Position numbers and translations under genes: made by a program. The notes beneath the pieces are model-generated. The model saw only the letters and a program-made list of their open reading frames with translations. It had not been told where the DNA came from and searched no databases. Of a stretch of 64,000 bases of DNA, positions 51,621 to 64,000 are shown piece after piece (position 1 is the first letter of the stretch; every line of letters starts with the position of its first letter). Origin of the DNA: Octopus sinensis (lineage: Eukaryota); NCBI RefSeq assembly GCF_006345805.1, contig NC_042999.1:166842001-166906000 (forward strand). The letters are read 5' to 3'.

Positions 51621-52689
51621 AGCTTCCATTTGCAACAAATATCACTTCAACACAGCAATCAATAAACAAAAAACAAAGCAAAAACAAAACTATCATTACT
51701 ATAAATGACATTAGTTTACGTTGCTCTTAAAAGCATCTCTTGAATAATAAATTAGCACTTTACTAGCACTTTTAGATTTGTATTATGCTCAATTGAAACA
51801 AGAACAACTTGCTGGATTTATATGAAAATTGTAGTAAATATAATCTTACTGAGTTATTGCAAAAATATATGTTTATTTTCTATTCATGCTGAAAGGAATA
51901 ATCTAATGTTAAATAGTTCAAGCATCTGACAGCAAGGCCCAAATCCACCACTAATTGAAGAAACATATTTCAAATGAGCAAAATTTGCTGTGTGTAGTAT
52001 ATTCAAGATTCATGAGAGTATTCCATGTTAAATTAATATTGCTGAATATAAAGGAAGACTTTAATTACAACTTATGAGATTTAAGTGAGCCCTAGAATCG
52101 AGCTTCACATTTTTAAGTCGCTACAAACGTACCACGCGTTGATGATGCTTATTTCATTTGCTGAATTCAGTTAGAAGTGAAAGAAATTCTTCTCCTCATA
52201 ATTGCAAACCAACTCTTTGTGATATCTCGAGCCTTACTAATCATTGCTATGGACATACTGAAGCTCTATTCTAACCTCCGAGCGTTGAAGCTATATCTAT
52301 TGCTAGTCAAATTGGCCAAGTGAATTCTTAATCAAATTATAATCACTAAAGTACTGCGAGCAATGGAAACTCTAATCATTTAGACCTTATTGCTGCTACT
52401 GACAAAGGAAAGCAGCACTTATTTAACTGCAACTATGTATATTAAATCAGAATAAGTTGACTGACAGTATGCAAACCACTGATCTTTCTCCCGCTGAGCC
52501 TGCAATTTGGAAAAGTAAATTAACACATTAAGGACAATGGAAGTGTATATTGAATGATTTTATGTGAGCATAATCACTTGGGTATGGTATATACATTTAC
52601 ACACACACATACACACACATAAAAAAACACACACACACACATTGTAAAAGCTAAGAGTTTTTCCACGAGTAAATTTATATTAAAAACCA

Positions 52690-53190
52690 AAGAAAAAATG
52701 CTTTAAGAATTTTATCATGGACAAAAGAAGAAACATTAACATTTTTAGCAAAATACGCCACCGTTTTCAATCGCTTTAAACGACAATTTAAACATGCTCT
52801 AAGAAAAGAAATATAAATTCAGATTACATGAATAAAATTAATCTTTTATGATATTGATCAAAACACTTATAGTTTTTTCAAGATTGTACCCTGCGTGGTG
52901 ACTGAAACAAGTAAAAAAAAAAAATAACTGATGTTCTGGAAGTTCACATGTTTTTCTTACAAAATTCATGGAACCAATTACCAGTACCATATGAATTTTG
53001 TAAGAAAAAAATTATGAACTTCTAGGATTGATAACACGAAAAATTAATTTGATTTAATTTATTTCAATTTATATTCTCTTTTCTTAGGGAATTAAATCGC
53101 TTTTAAAACGATTAAAACTGGTAGCATATTTTGATAAAATAAATGTAAATATTATTTTCTAAAGTTCCTAAAGAATTTAATTTTTATTTT
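52690..53190. mobile_element. Degenerate foldback/MITE-like element
   Basis: Outer inverted repeats about 52735-52820/53066-53150 and inner hairpin about 52938-53025 (tttttcttacaaaattcat / atgaattttgtaagaaaaa). Confidence 0.55.
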
Positions 53191-53339
53191 GTGCAAAGAC
53201 ATGAAGCAGCAAGAAAAGTCAGCGGAATGTGATTTCTACTTCGTGAAGACTATAGGGGGGAAGTTTTCTGAGATAAAACTCTGCAGCCAATGCCATTGAC
53301 ATTCTAGCGTGCAGAAATGAGTTAAAGCTAAACTTAGGC

Positions 53340-53415
<76 letters not shown>

Positions 53416-53649
53416 TTTTCATCAGTGAGGATTTAAGTTTTAATTAACAAAATTTTTTTGGCTTACAACATTAAGTTTGTTAACGCTCACTCTACTACTA
53501 AGTTTTTATTCAGCAGGGGTCCCTGAGTATCTTACTCATCCATTCTTCTTATTAAAAGTTAATAAATCAGATATGAAGTGGGAGTGGATTTTTAATAGTA
53601 ATGGTAAATTTCAACGAATAACACTGTGAATTTCAAATTTATAATTATA

Positions 53650-54010
53650 TAGCTATGCCAGCTATCACCAATCAACAAAAAGGCTGGCCAGGCAGCAAAA
53701 ACCCTGCGAGAATCAAGTATGTTGGTTCGAGGAGCACAACTATTCAACTCCATTCCGGTACATGTCAGAAATCTATCAGGATGCAGTGTGGAATCATTCA
53801 AATTGCAGCTGGATAGATACTTAAGCACCATTAGAGATGAACCCCATCTCCCAGGATATACACAACGAGCACAAGCTGACTCAAACTCGCTCCTACACAT
53901 GTCAAAATTAAACAGAGAATACAACCTGGCAACCACACCAGACTCTGAGGGTGGAGTCTTCGACTTGGCCTGAGCATGGACTCAAACTCAAATGAAATGA
54001 AATGAAAATG
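53650..54010 (+). mobile_element. 5'-truncated CR1-like LINE 3' end with (AAATG)n tail (third family)
   Basis: RGAQLFNSIP.HVRNL.GCSVESFKLQLDRYLSTIRDEP...AQADSNSL; tail tcaaatgaaatgaaatgaaaatg. Confidence 0.85.
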
Positions 54011-54907
54011 CAATGATCTTACCCAGCAACATTAATTAAATGTTAGAATACATAAAAAAATTCTGATATACAGCAATAAGATTATTCCAGAGTGTAATTT
54101 CAAACTAAAATATTTATGCAGTTCCTCATGTCAATTAGAATACTAATTTACGTAACATTATTAGTAACCTAAGTTCAAAATGGGAACATCTTTATCATAT
54201 ATGAAGTGCATTAGTCCGTCTTTCAACTTATAGAAGAATTTGAACTTAGAAACGTTTTCAGCCAGTGAACCTCACAATAGTGCAATAAATCACCGTGTTT
54301 CGCTTTGAAGCCTTGTCTTTTATACAGTCAGAAATCTAATAAACTAATTTTTAAAAATAACCGGACATTTTTCTAGGGTAAAAGTTTGTGCAACGACAGC
54401 TAAACATCCAAAAAAGTCAACAAGTGTAAAAAAAAAATGCCAAGATGGATGTAGAAATAAGAAGAGAAATTATCAAAACTGACTAAACTAAAATACGAAA
54501 TGTCAGCGCAAGACGTCGGCAAGACAAGCCAACATTTAACGCGGCCGACATCTAAGTAAATTAAAAAGAAAAAATCAGTGTTAACTGCGAAGTACAGGAC
54601 TGGAAAATATTTCATTACAACACAAAACTTAAAAAGTTAGTACCAGAAAACATCAAAAACATTTAATATACTACTTCAGAATATGTGGATGTTGTAAAGA
54701 GTTAATCATATAGTTTTCAGCTGCCCAAACTTAGCCAAAAATGAAGTATGTGTATGGGCATGATATAACTGGAACTTCCAAATACTGGTAATACATCAGC
54801 GAATTTTGTTCTTTTTTTTTTCACTATTTAAAATTTAACATATCTTTGTTGATAAACAGAAAGATATTATTAATTAACTTATCGAAAAAGTCTTGTTGCA
54901 AAAAGAA

Positions 54908-55832
54908 TACGTGAATCTTTCCCTTTTAATCGGCAGGTCGATAAATTAATTTTTAAAAAATAAACTCTTTCAAACTTCGGATACTGGTAGAATGTGTCAT
55001 ATAGAACATCTTCTACTCTTAGTGTTGTTGAGAAAAGTTTGTATTTACGAAGTTATTTCGTGTTAAAGTTATCGTATTTCGGTAATTTCAACCAATCAAT
55101 GACGTGAATAAAATTACTGCCGTTGTTTGTCAACAACTTCCGGCGGTGTATATTTCGTTTGTCACTGTTATTTATGACTTCATTCGTGCATTTGTACTGG
55201 TTTTAGCTTTAGAGTTTTAAGGTTAGGGTTACGGAAAAAGGTGAAAAATGAAGAAATTGGAGGGGAGGGGTAAGGAGAGGCCAAAAATGTCAAAATTCCG
55301 ATTTTTGGCAATTTTCTGGAATCTCCATATCTGAAAAGCTGGGTTTTTGGCAAAAAAAAAAAATTTTTTTTAAATCAATAATTTGCGAGAAAATGGTGGG
55401 GGTGGGTGGGGTAGGAATTCTTTCCGAAAATAGTGGCTGAAAACAGGAAAAAACCTAAAAGCAGTAGAAATGCACGAACGGTTGTGGTAGTGCCATGCTT
55501 CAGATACACTCGTTTATTCATACAAACGTAACGGAGATGAAATATGTCATAAATAACAGTGACAAACGAAATATACACCACCGGAAGTTGTTGTTGACAA
55601 ACAACGGCAGTAATTTTAATCAGCTGAATACACATCATTGATTGGTTGAAATTACCGAAATACGACAACTTTAACACGAAACAGCTTCGAAAATATAAAC
55701 TTTTCTCAACAATGCTAAGAGTATAAGATGTTCTATATGACACATTCTACCAGTATCTGAAGTTTGAAAGTGTTTAGTTAAAAAAAATTAATTTATCGAC
55801 CTGCCGATCAAAAAGAAAAGATCCGAATACGT
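54908..55832. mobile_element. MITE/foldback element with ~270-bp terminal inverted repeats
   Basis: 54908-55178 is the reverse complement of about 55547-55831; extra inner inverted pair 55184-55207/55456-55479; no coding sequence. Confidence 0.85.
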
Positions 55833-55849
55833 TACTAAAATTACAGTAG

Positions 55850-56040
55850 TAAAATCGTTAGCAAGGTATTTCGCCTGTTCTTAGGTTCTGAGTTCAAATT
55901 TCGCCGAGGTTGACTTTGCCTTACATTCTTTCAGGGCCGATGAAATAAGTATCAGTTGAACACAGTAGTCAATGTTATCAACCCACTACTTCCCCCAAAA
56001 TTGCTGGCTTTGTGCCAAAATTTGAAATCAAAATTACATT
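55850..56040 (+). mobile_element. SINE fragment with gagttcaaat...gaggttgactttgcc central domain
   Basis: Similar to 61201-61433. Confidence 0.65.
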
Positions 56041-56599
56041 AGTAAAATCTTGTTTTGTGACTATCCTAGTGTTCATAAAAAAAATACTTTAGTAAGTGTG
56101 GGCGTCACTTTCACGGGCTTCGACATTTATGTTCACAAAGAAAGGAAATACAGCAAGTTACGGCAGAATATCACTGATGCAAAAGTCTTAGATGGTTATA
56201 AAAATGGTGGTGTGAGCTGTGAGGATGTATGGTGAGAAAATTTTAGACATTTGGTGAGAATGTGATGATTGTAAAATAAAAACATAGAGATATTAAGAAT
56301 GAAAGAGAAAGCAGCACTCACCATTCCAAATTCGTTCCTAGGGAATCAAATAAAATTATCTAGCATGTCGTAACAGTGCCTAGCTACAGCAGGACATTTT
56401 GTATGTAATAAAGTCAGTATTAAATCAGTGGAGCAGTTCTTTCTCTGCGATTCATTGAAACAAATCCCTCGGTAATTATTCGTTATTCTTTTACTTGTAT
56501 CGGTTATTGGACTCCAGGCCATTTAGGGGCAACATTTTCAAGGGTTTAGTCGGTCACATCGGTCCTTGTTATTTCACTCTAGCTGTTATATTACCGACC

Positions 56600-56984
56600 G
56601 TGGAGGCGCAATGGCCCAGTGGTTAGGGCAGCGGACTCGCGGTCATAGGATCGCGATTTCGATTCCCAGACCGGGCGTTGTGAGTGTTTATTGAGCGAAA
56701 ACACCTAAAGCTCCACGAGGCTCCGGCAGGGATGGTGGTGATCCCTGCTGTACTCTTCCACCACAACTTTCTCTCGCTCTTACTTCCTGTTTCTGTTGCA
56801 CCTGTATTTCAAAGGGCTGGCCTTGTCACTCTCTGTGTCACGCTGAATATCCGCGAGAACTACGTTAAGGGTGCACGTGTCTGTGGAGTGCTCAGCCACT
56901 TACACGTTAATTTCACGAGCAGGCTGTTCCGTTGATTCGGATCAACCGGAACCCTCGTCGTCGTAACCGACGGAATGCTTCCAA
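56600..56984 (+). mobile_element. Full-length tRNA(Arg)-like SINE with 13-bp TSD
   Basis: A-box tggcccagtgg, anticodon-arm-like gactcgcggtc (TCG), B-box-like tttcgattccc; TSD tatattaccgacc at 56587-56599 and 56985-56997. Confidence 0.9.
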
Positions 56985-57081
56985 TATATTACCGACCTCT
57001 GTATATCAAGTTGCTGAGTGACAGAACATAAAAAGTCGGACACAACACTAGAATTAACTGATGTAAACACACACGCACGCA

Positions 57082-57133
<52 letters not shown>

Positions 57134-59692
57134 CACGCACACACACACGCACACACACAAATGTAGATATATATCTATATTCCGCCCAGCTTCTGTCTAC
57201 TGAAATCTACTCACAAGGCTTTGATTAACCGAGGTCACAATAGGAAATACTTGTCTAAGGTTCCAAGCAGTAGGGTCGAACTCAGAACTATTCGGTAGCG
57301 AAATAAATTGCTTAACCTAACGGCTCTCCCTGCATCCCTTCTGGTGTTTTAAAAGGAATACAAAAAGATGCATTCGTATAGTGCTTAGTATTCAGAAAAG
57401 CATTATACACATTCTCAAAGCCGATATTTAATAATACCAAATAATGTACTGTTTATTGTCTGCTACTGTGAATTTTTTTTCTTAGTTGTTTCGTGACAAT
57501 TACCACGTTCTCGACTTTTCTTTCAAACCACTGGCCGGTGGTAAATAACCAAAAACTACTACACATAATTTCAGTGTAAGCAAAGAAAATACGAGTGTTC
57601 AGTATAAAATGAAAAACGGCGAAGATTATCTACAATTCAAAATAATATATGTACTTTAATGAAAAGTAGTTCAGTTTTCATTTTAAACCGTTACAACGTA
57701 AAATACTGAGAATTTATAAAGATTCAGCAGTTAAAATGTTTTTTCATTCTTTTTACGTCTTTCAGTCATTGGACTGCGACCCTGCTGGGGAACTGGCTTA
57801 AAGGTTTTAGTTATACAAATCGACCCCAGAGATCATTTTAAAATCTGGTGCTTATTCTATCAGTATTTTTTGCCGAATTGCTTGGTAACATTAGGAACGA
57901 ACCTATTTTCCTTCAAGAGAGCAAGACGATTAAGAAACCTTATGACATTAATTGCTCGAATGCGTAAGTGACCAAATTACCAGCCTGAGAGAGAGAGAGG
58001 ACAATTTTAAAATTGTCTTAAAATGCCTATCAAAGTTGAAGTTAAAATTATTTTCGGGGATATCCCAACTGTAGATAAGTTTTGATTCATGAAAGCAAAG
58101 ATTTAACGACAAAAACATTTAACTCTTAATTATATATTCTTCTTTCATTCTTTTCTGTTTTTCTTTCTAGTTTTCTGTTTTGATTTTTAGCTTTTTTTGT
58201 ACACACACACACACACACACTTTCCTTGGTCTGTTGTGGTTTACAAACTTTACATGGACTGTTAAACCGATTAAATAAAGAGTTAAGCATAACTTTGGAC
58301 CACCCTGTTCTGATAGCATGTCAGTTACGTAACGTATGTGTAGATATGGCGAAAATCATGATCTCTCCGAATATATATCTCAAAGTAGCTAAACGCACCC
58401 CCACTCGCTATACATTTTAGGGTATATACTTGAAGAGTTATTTGTAGACAGATGTACAAATAATCAAGACAAAGAAACTAAAATATAACTGTAACTAAAG
58501 GGTTTTGATAACGTATTCCATTCAATCAGGCTATCAAACAAGTTTTTGCTTTCCCGCTTCTGGATTAAGATACTCGTATTTTCTATAATTTTCGGCTTTC
58601 AGTTTTAGACCGTTAACTTCTGTTAACTCTATTCAAATCACACCCCCAAATTCTAATTTAGCCTTCCAAAAAATGAATCCGTAATTCAAGAAAGCTCAAA
58701 ATTCGAAACAGAAAACTCGTACATTTGTATTGATCTGCTGGAAAGCTGAAGTAAATGAAAGATAGTTTATCTGTTGACAGCTAAAGTAACAAGTATAGTT
58801 TTCGAGGACAACAGATCTACACATTACCATATTTGATGTATTTAATTTCATAATGACTTACGTCATTTTGCAAACTTGCATATTTTAAAACAGCTTACCG
58901 ACATTTCTTGCATTAAGCAGTTTTGTTATGTACAGAAGTTTTTAACATATGTGATATAGCCCCTATAGGCGTGTTATGAACTCACAATAAACGGTATATG
59001 TCAAGGGGATATTATGAGGGTGCTGGATGTTTAGAGGCTTCGTAATCTTTCTAAGAAATAAAATGTTCAAACCAAGTACGAGACTTACATCTTAAATACG
59101 TTTTCAAAAAAAAAAACAACAACTTTTGATAAGGTTTAGAATATGAGTTGTGTACTGTTCGTACAGAAACATGTCTGATGATGTGCCCTGGTCCAGCGTA
59201 ATTTTGTTAGTTATCGCCCTCTTTAGTAATTTTTGCAAAAGTTTAACATGAGGAACTAATTCACACAAATATCTAAAATAAAAAAGTACATACTGGAAGG
59301 GATAAGATCTGAAAATATGGATGATAATTGTGTTAAAGGAGCTTCTCTGTAATTAAAATAATCGACTGTTTTAAGGTTTTCTTTTGTTAGTGAAAAAAGG
59401 AACTGAGTCCAATAATAAATAAATAAATAAATAAAGAAGGTTGAGAATCACTGAATTAGTGTATGTAAACTGCTTGCATTTTATTTAGTTGTACACCAAG
59501 AAAGAATATTCTCTCTTGAGATTGACATTCAGTTAGAAACTGCGATAAGTTAAAATTCACACAAGTATGAAAAAAAAATATTGTATATATCTTATTCATT
59601 ATAAGATTTAAGCATAGCTGTTTGTTACTCTATTTCCATTTTTATTTACAGTTTTGTATTATATCTTATCTTTTACATTTCTCTCATTTCAG

Positions 59693-59724
59693 AATAGTGG
59701 AAATATTTTGCAGGAGATTACAAG
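59693..59724 (+). CDS. GCH1: GTP cyclohydrolase I internal exon (32 bp; equivalent to human exon 4)
   Basis: Long polypyrimidine tract + ttcag acceptor, GTAATA donor; encodes (R)IVEIFCRRLQ(V), matching IVEI(Y/F)SRRLQ; 32 bp, phase 2 to 1. Confidence 0.92.
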
Positions 59725-61200
59725 GTAATATATCAATTTTAAATAAATGGTAGATTACACATTTAATATTTGAATCTACTTAAACCGTATTCATTTTTAG
59801 AAAAGGCTGTTTTGAATTTAGTCCATTTTTGTGCTAGAAATTACCTGAACACAACACATACAGCACAGGAAACAAAGATGTAACCCTTATATAATCACTC
59901 GTTTAGGCAGAAATAGTAATCAAATCTTTCCCAAATCTCCACTATTAAAAAAAGAAGGATTACACGGAATATGTAATCGGAAACAAAATTAAAAGAACGA
60001 TTAATTTAGTCTGAAACAAGACGGTGAAGGGTGGAACGAATTTGATCCTTGGTCTGTTCACTCAAATATGAATCAGTATCTGCATACGTACAATCTCTAA
60101 ATACACACGTCTTAAAATGTACAGAAATCTTAAAGAATTCGAACTTTGACCTAATGAACATGGAAGTCAAAAGATTTTCACTGTGAATGCTGTTTAGTGT
60201 AGCCAATTTATAGAAATATTACAATTTACTTTTAATTTAGTTTTAGTTATTTTATTAAATTTAAATCAATATATTCATTTAGAATTTGTAAAAAGGTACG
60301 GAAAAAGTTTACATCTGTATGTAGAAGTCGTTTAGCTTAAATTTTCATTTTATTTTCATATGCATGAAAATAACGGTCATCAATCGAACAAGAGTTAAGC
60401 AGCGTAATTGATATGAACATTTCAACTTTTTATTCCCTCCAGTAAAATACATGACATGTCAGTCGCATTCACCGTGTCGTTCTAAAACGTGCATAAGATA
60501 AACATATACGAAAAATAAAGATGCAATATAAAAAAAATTAATCAAATTTTCGTTGAAAAAATTTAGGATTGTGTATGTATTTTTACTCGTGTGCGTTAAC
60601 TTTACAAAATATCAAAGCTATGCTATGCAAAATTATATGGTTCCCTTAAAAGATGTTGGATATCTTTAACAAGTGAAGTAAACGTTAACACGCTGCCATT
60701 TGCATTTGACAATTTGACAATGCAATTATTGCACTTCATATGTTGCATTTATAAATTCAACACAAGGGCGAAGAATGAAAAGCAGGTACAAGGACAGATT
60801 CGTGCAAATTCGTGCAAATTTACGCAGAATCGATTTGAAAAAGCAGTCGTGGAAAGTATAAATACATTGACATATTAACAAAAATTAAACTATGCTATGA
60901 AAGGAAAAGGAAATTACTTGATAAGAGAAGTAAAGGTTTCTCATAGCGCTGTGCAACACAATTTTTGTCCTTGAGTAGCAACTATTATTTCCTATTTGGT
61001 TAACCCTAGAAATGATGAAAAATGGCTAATATTTCCTCCAAACTTTGCTTTTGTTACGTTTATTCAAACCCCAAAGAATCTCTCTCAACACATGATGCTT
61101 ACACACTACCCCTGCCCATGGTCAGAGATGCTCATATTGACAGCCATTAAAGGACATACTCAAGTGGCTAATGTCAAACAACAGACAGGCAAATCTGTGG

Positions 61201-61433
61201 TGCGGCGAGCTGGCAGAAAGGTTAGCACGCCGGGCAAAATGCCTAGCGGTATTTCGTCTGTCGTTACGTTCTGAGTTCAAATTCCACCGAGGTCGACTTT
61301 GCCTTTCATCCTTTCGGGGTCGATTAAATAAGTACCAGTTACGCACTGGGGTCGATATAATTGACTTAATCCGTTTGTCTGTCCTTGTTTGTCTCCTCTG
61401 TGTTTAGCCCCTTGTGGGTAATAAAGAAATAGG
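61201..61433 (+). mobile_element. tRNA-derived SINE inserted into an inverted fragment of the 560-bp element
   Basis: gcggcgagctggcagaa head and gagttcaaattccaccgaggtcgactttgcctttcatcc domain; the host sequence aaatctgtgg|tattgagcag is split around it. Confidence 0.8.
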
Positions 61434-61980
61434 TATTGAGCAGTATATTTGATATAACAATATTTCTACTTCAGCAACTCAGCACTGAATCTCTCTGAAA
61501 TGTAATGGAAAATAGGTCAGTTTCAAAATATTGATGTCTAGATCACGAAAGCAAAGTTTGAATGGAATAATGGTCATTTCCTTTGATTTCTAGATAGAAG
61601 CAAATAAATAATAAAACTTACTGACCACAGACAAAAAAAGTTACACAGCTCGACATGAGGTACAAACAAGGGCGGCGGAATCAAACTCCATTATACACCA
61701 AATGTACTAATAGCTGGGAAAAAGGCACATACAGGAGTGATGATGTGAAACACCCAGTCTGAGGAAGTCAGAAAAAGCATGGTGGTGCTCTAGCATGACC
61801 ACGACCACATGGCTGAAACGAGTAAAAGAGTGTAATTATTGGGGGGGGGGTGAAGACTTAATGCAGAGTTTCAGACTTCCAAAATATACACATGTACATC
61901 AAGGCAGTGATCCAGCATGGCCACAGTCAACTGATTGAAACACGTAAAAGAATATATATATGTACGTAGATATATGTACG

Positions 61981-62068
<88 letters not shown>

Positions 62069-62386
62069 ATCCAAACAAGAAAAGACAAAAAAAAACACAA
62101 CAACGCGAGGACGTGGAACAAATAAAGTATTATTGGACACTCAGGAAAGAAGGGAAGAAAGAGGGTTTAACGTTTCGACTAGAAAAAAAATTTCCCAGCC
62201 TTCCTTAAATATCATAAAATAATTTCTAGGAGATCAGTAAGGATTTCATATTCAACCCTCCTAAACATGTCTACCATAATAGGTAGACTTAATAGTAAAA
62301 ACATTAAGTTAGCCAGGAGTAGAATGAATAGTAACAACAATGATAGTAATAATAATTGTAATAATAGCATCAACAATAGAAATAGC

Positions 62387-62914
62387 AATGCAGTACCAGG
62401 CAGTGGCTCTCATGGCTTCTGATCTTAACTGATTGTTTTGTCTTGGTATAAAAGATGGGCTACAGCAAATATTCTGCTCAATACCACAGATTTGCTTGTC
62501 AGTTGTTTGACTTTAACCAGTTGAGCATGTCCTTTAGTGGCTGACGATATGTGCATCTCTGATTACGAGCAGAAGTAGTGGGGGAGCATCATAACCATGT
62601 GTTGAGAGGGATTCTTTGGGGTTTGAATAATTCACCTCTGGAAACATGGGTGGTTCTTTCAACATCCTTAAACAACCCTTATTCAGGGACCTTTTGAGCT
62701 TGGTGGGCTACTCAACCAGAATAAAATTCTAACTGGGCCCCACCTGCAAGGTCATGTGCTGTTTATCTTTTTATGAGATCACCATGTCGCGCACATATGA
62801 TTGTGATGCATGTGCCTGGTGTACCCTTATCAGACGGGTAGTCATGATGGGTATATTGGGCTTCGTATATTTTAACCCAGTGTCACTTTGATGGCATGCG
62901 CTGCTCTCTCACTC
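62387..62914 (+). repeat. 560-bp AAT-associated element, copy 3
   Basis: Aligns with 38160-38710 apart from a ~22-bp deletion; followed by an (AAT)n-rich tract. Confidence 0.88.
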
Positions 62915-62955
<41 letters not shown>

Positions 62956-63034
62956 CAATAATAATAATAATAATAAAAATAATAATAATGGTAAAAATAG
63001 AGATAATAAAAATAATACTAAAAATGATGATAAC

Positions 63035-63066
<32 letters not shown>

Positions 63067-63627
63067 CATCGATATAAATATAAATAATGATAATAACAAT
63101 ACCAATAATACCGATAAATTGACTTATTGTTCTAGTGACAACCTGAATTTCTTTTATGCATCCTGAATTCCCTCCTCTTTCTACAACTAACTTGAATTCT
63201 TTACCTTCCCTTACCCTAATCCTTATAACTAAAGACATTTTCTTACAGCAGTCAGTTATAAGCAAAGTTTTGGTCAGTTAGCATCTGAACTACACGACCT
63301 CATGTTCCTAAGATTCATATCTACATCTTTATCTGTATATTTACCTTCCCTAAGATGTTATTACTTGATTTGAACACTTTTATATTATTGGAAAACTTAT
63401 ATAAATTAGCTGAAGATTACTCAGCATCTTAAATCTGGTGTAATATTTACAGCTTTTAATAAAATGTTGTAGTATGAAACAATTGTACTAAATTACCGGA
63501 TTCATTCTTGTTGCTTATTTTTGACTATAATCACCGCGCATATTTTTACGGGTAACACCATAAAAAATTCTGGTGCATCTAAATTAAGTACCATATTCAT
63601 TTGAATCTAAATTGTTGCTGATCTTAC

Positions 63628-63659
<32 letters not shown>

Positions 63660-63678
63660 ATATATATATATATATATA

Positions 63679-63734
<56 letters not shown>

Positions 63735-63756
63735 TATATATATATATATGTACATA

Positions 63757-63802
<46 letters not shown>

Positions 63803-64000
63803 GATATATATGTATATATATAAGTAAATATTGGTTTTATTCCAGAGGAATAAACGGTGTAAAATGCAATCTTCTCATGTACTAACGGTTTTTTTAAATA
63901 CTTAATAACGTTCTGTTTATCATTTATGCAGTCATCGTAATTGTTATAATGTCTGGTTGTTGAGATAGGCTCTCTTTCTTTCCTGATGAGAAGATTGCAT

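Noticed and set aside
55855-55870. ttagcaaggta, similar to the end of the 56-bp exon, as a possible duplicated exon
   Set aside because: It is part of a SINE fragment and there is no upstream coding similarity.
56600-56672. tRNA-Arg-like sequence as a tRNA gene
   Set aside because: Continues into a SINE body and is flanked by a TSD; acceptor stem and T arm are imperfect.

Overview
AT-rich, microsatellite- and retroelement-dense animal DNA. The repeat repertoire suggests an octopus or other cephalopod (inference). The only host coding sequence I can support is two small + strand exons of GTP cyclohydrolase I (26791-26846 and 59693-59724), joined in frame across a 32,846-bp intron; the rest of the window appears intronic. 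The introns hold decayed CR1/L2-like LINEs, R4/Dong-like LINEs beside (AAT)n tracts, tRNA-derived SINEs, foldback/MITE-like elements and many Penelope-like element (PLE) remnants. The main result is about a dozen hammerhead ribozyme (HHR) motifs or half-motifs folded by hand. Several have non-canonical cores (U3-A8, A6U, U4C). Three sit in small non-coding elements built as slightly more than one copy of a 145-, 345- or 533-bp monomer, and two of those carry a 5' inverted fragment. They look like non-autonomous, retrozyme-like or mini-PLE retroelements. No database search or folding software was run, so family names rest on motif recognition and most repeat boundaries are approximate.
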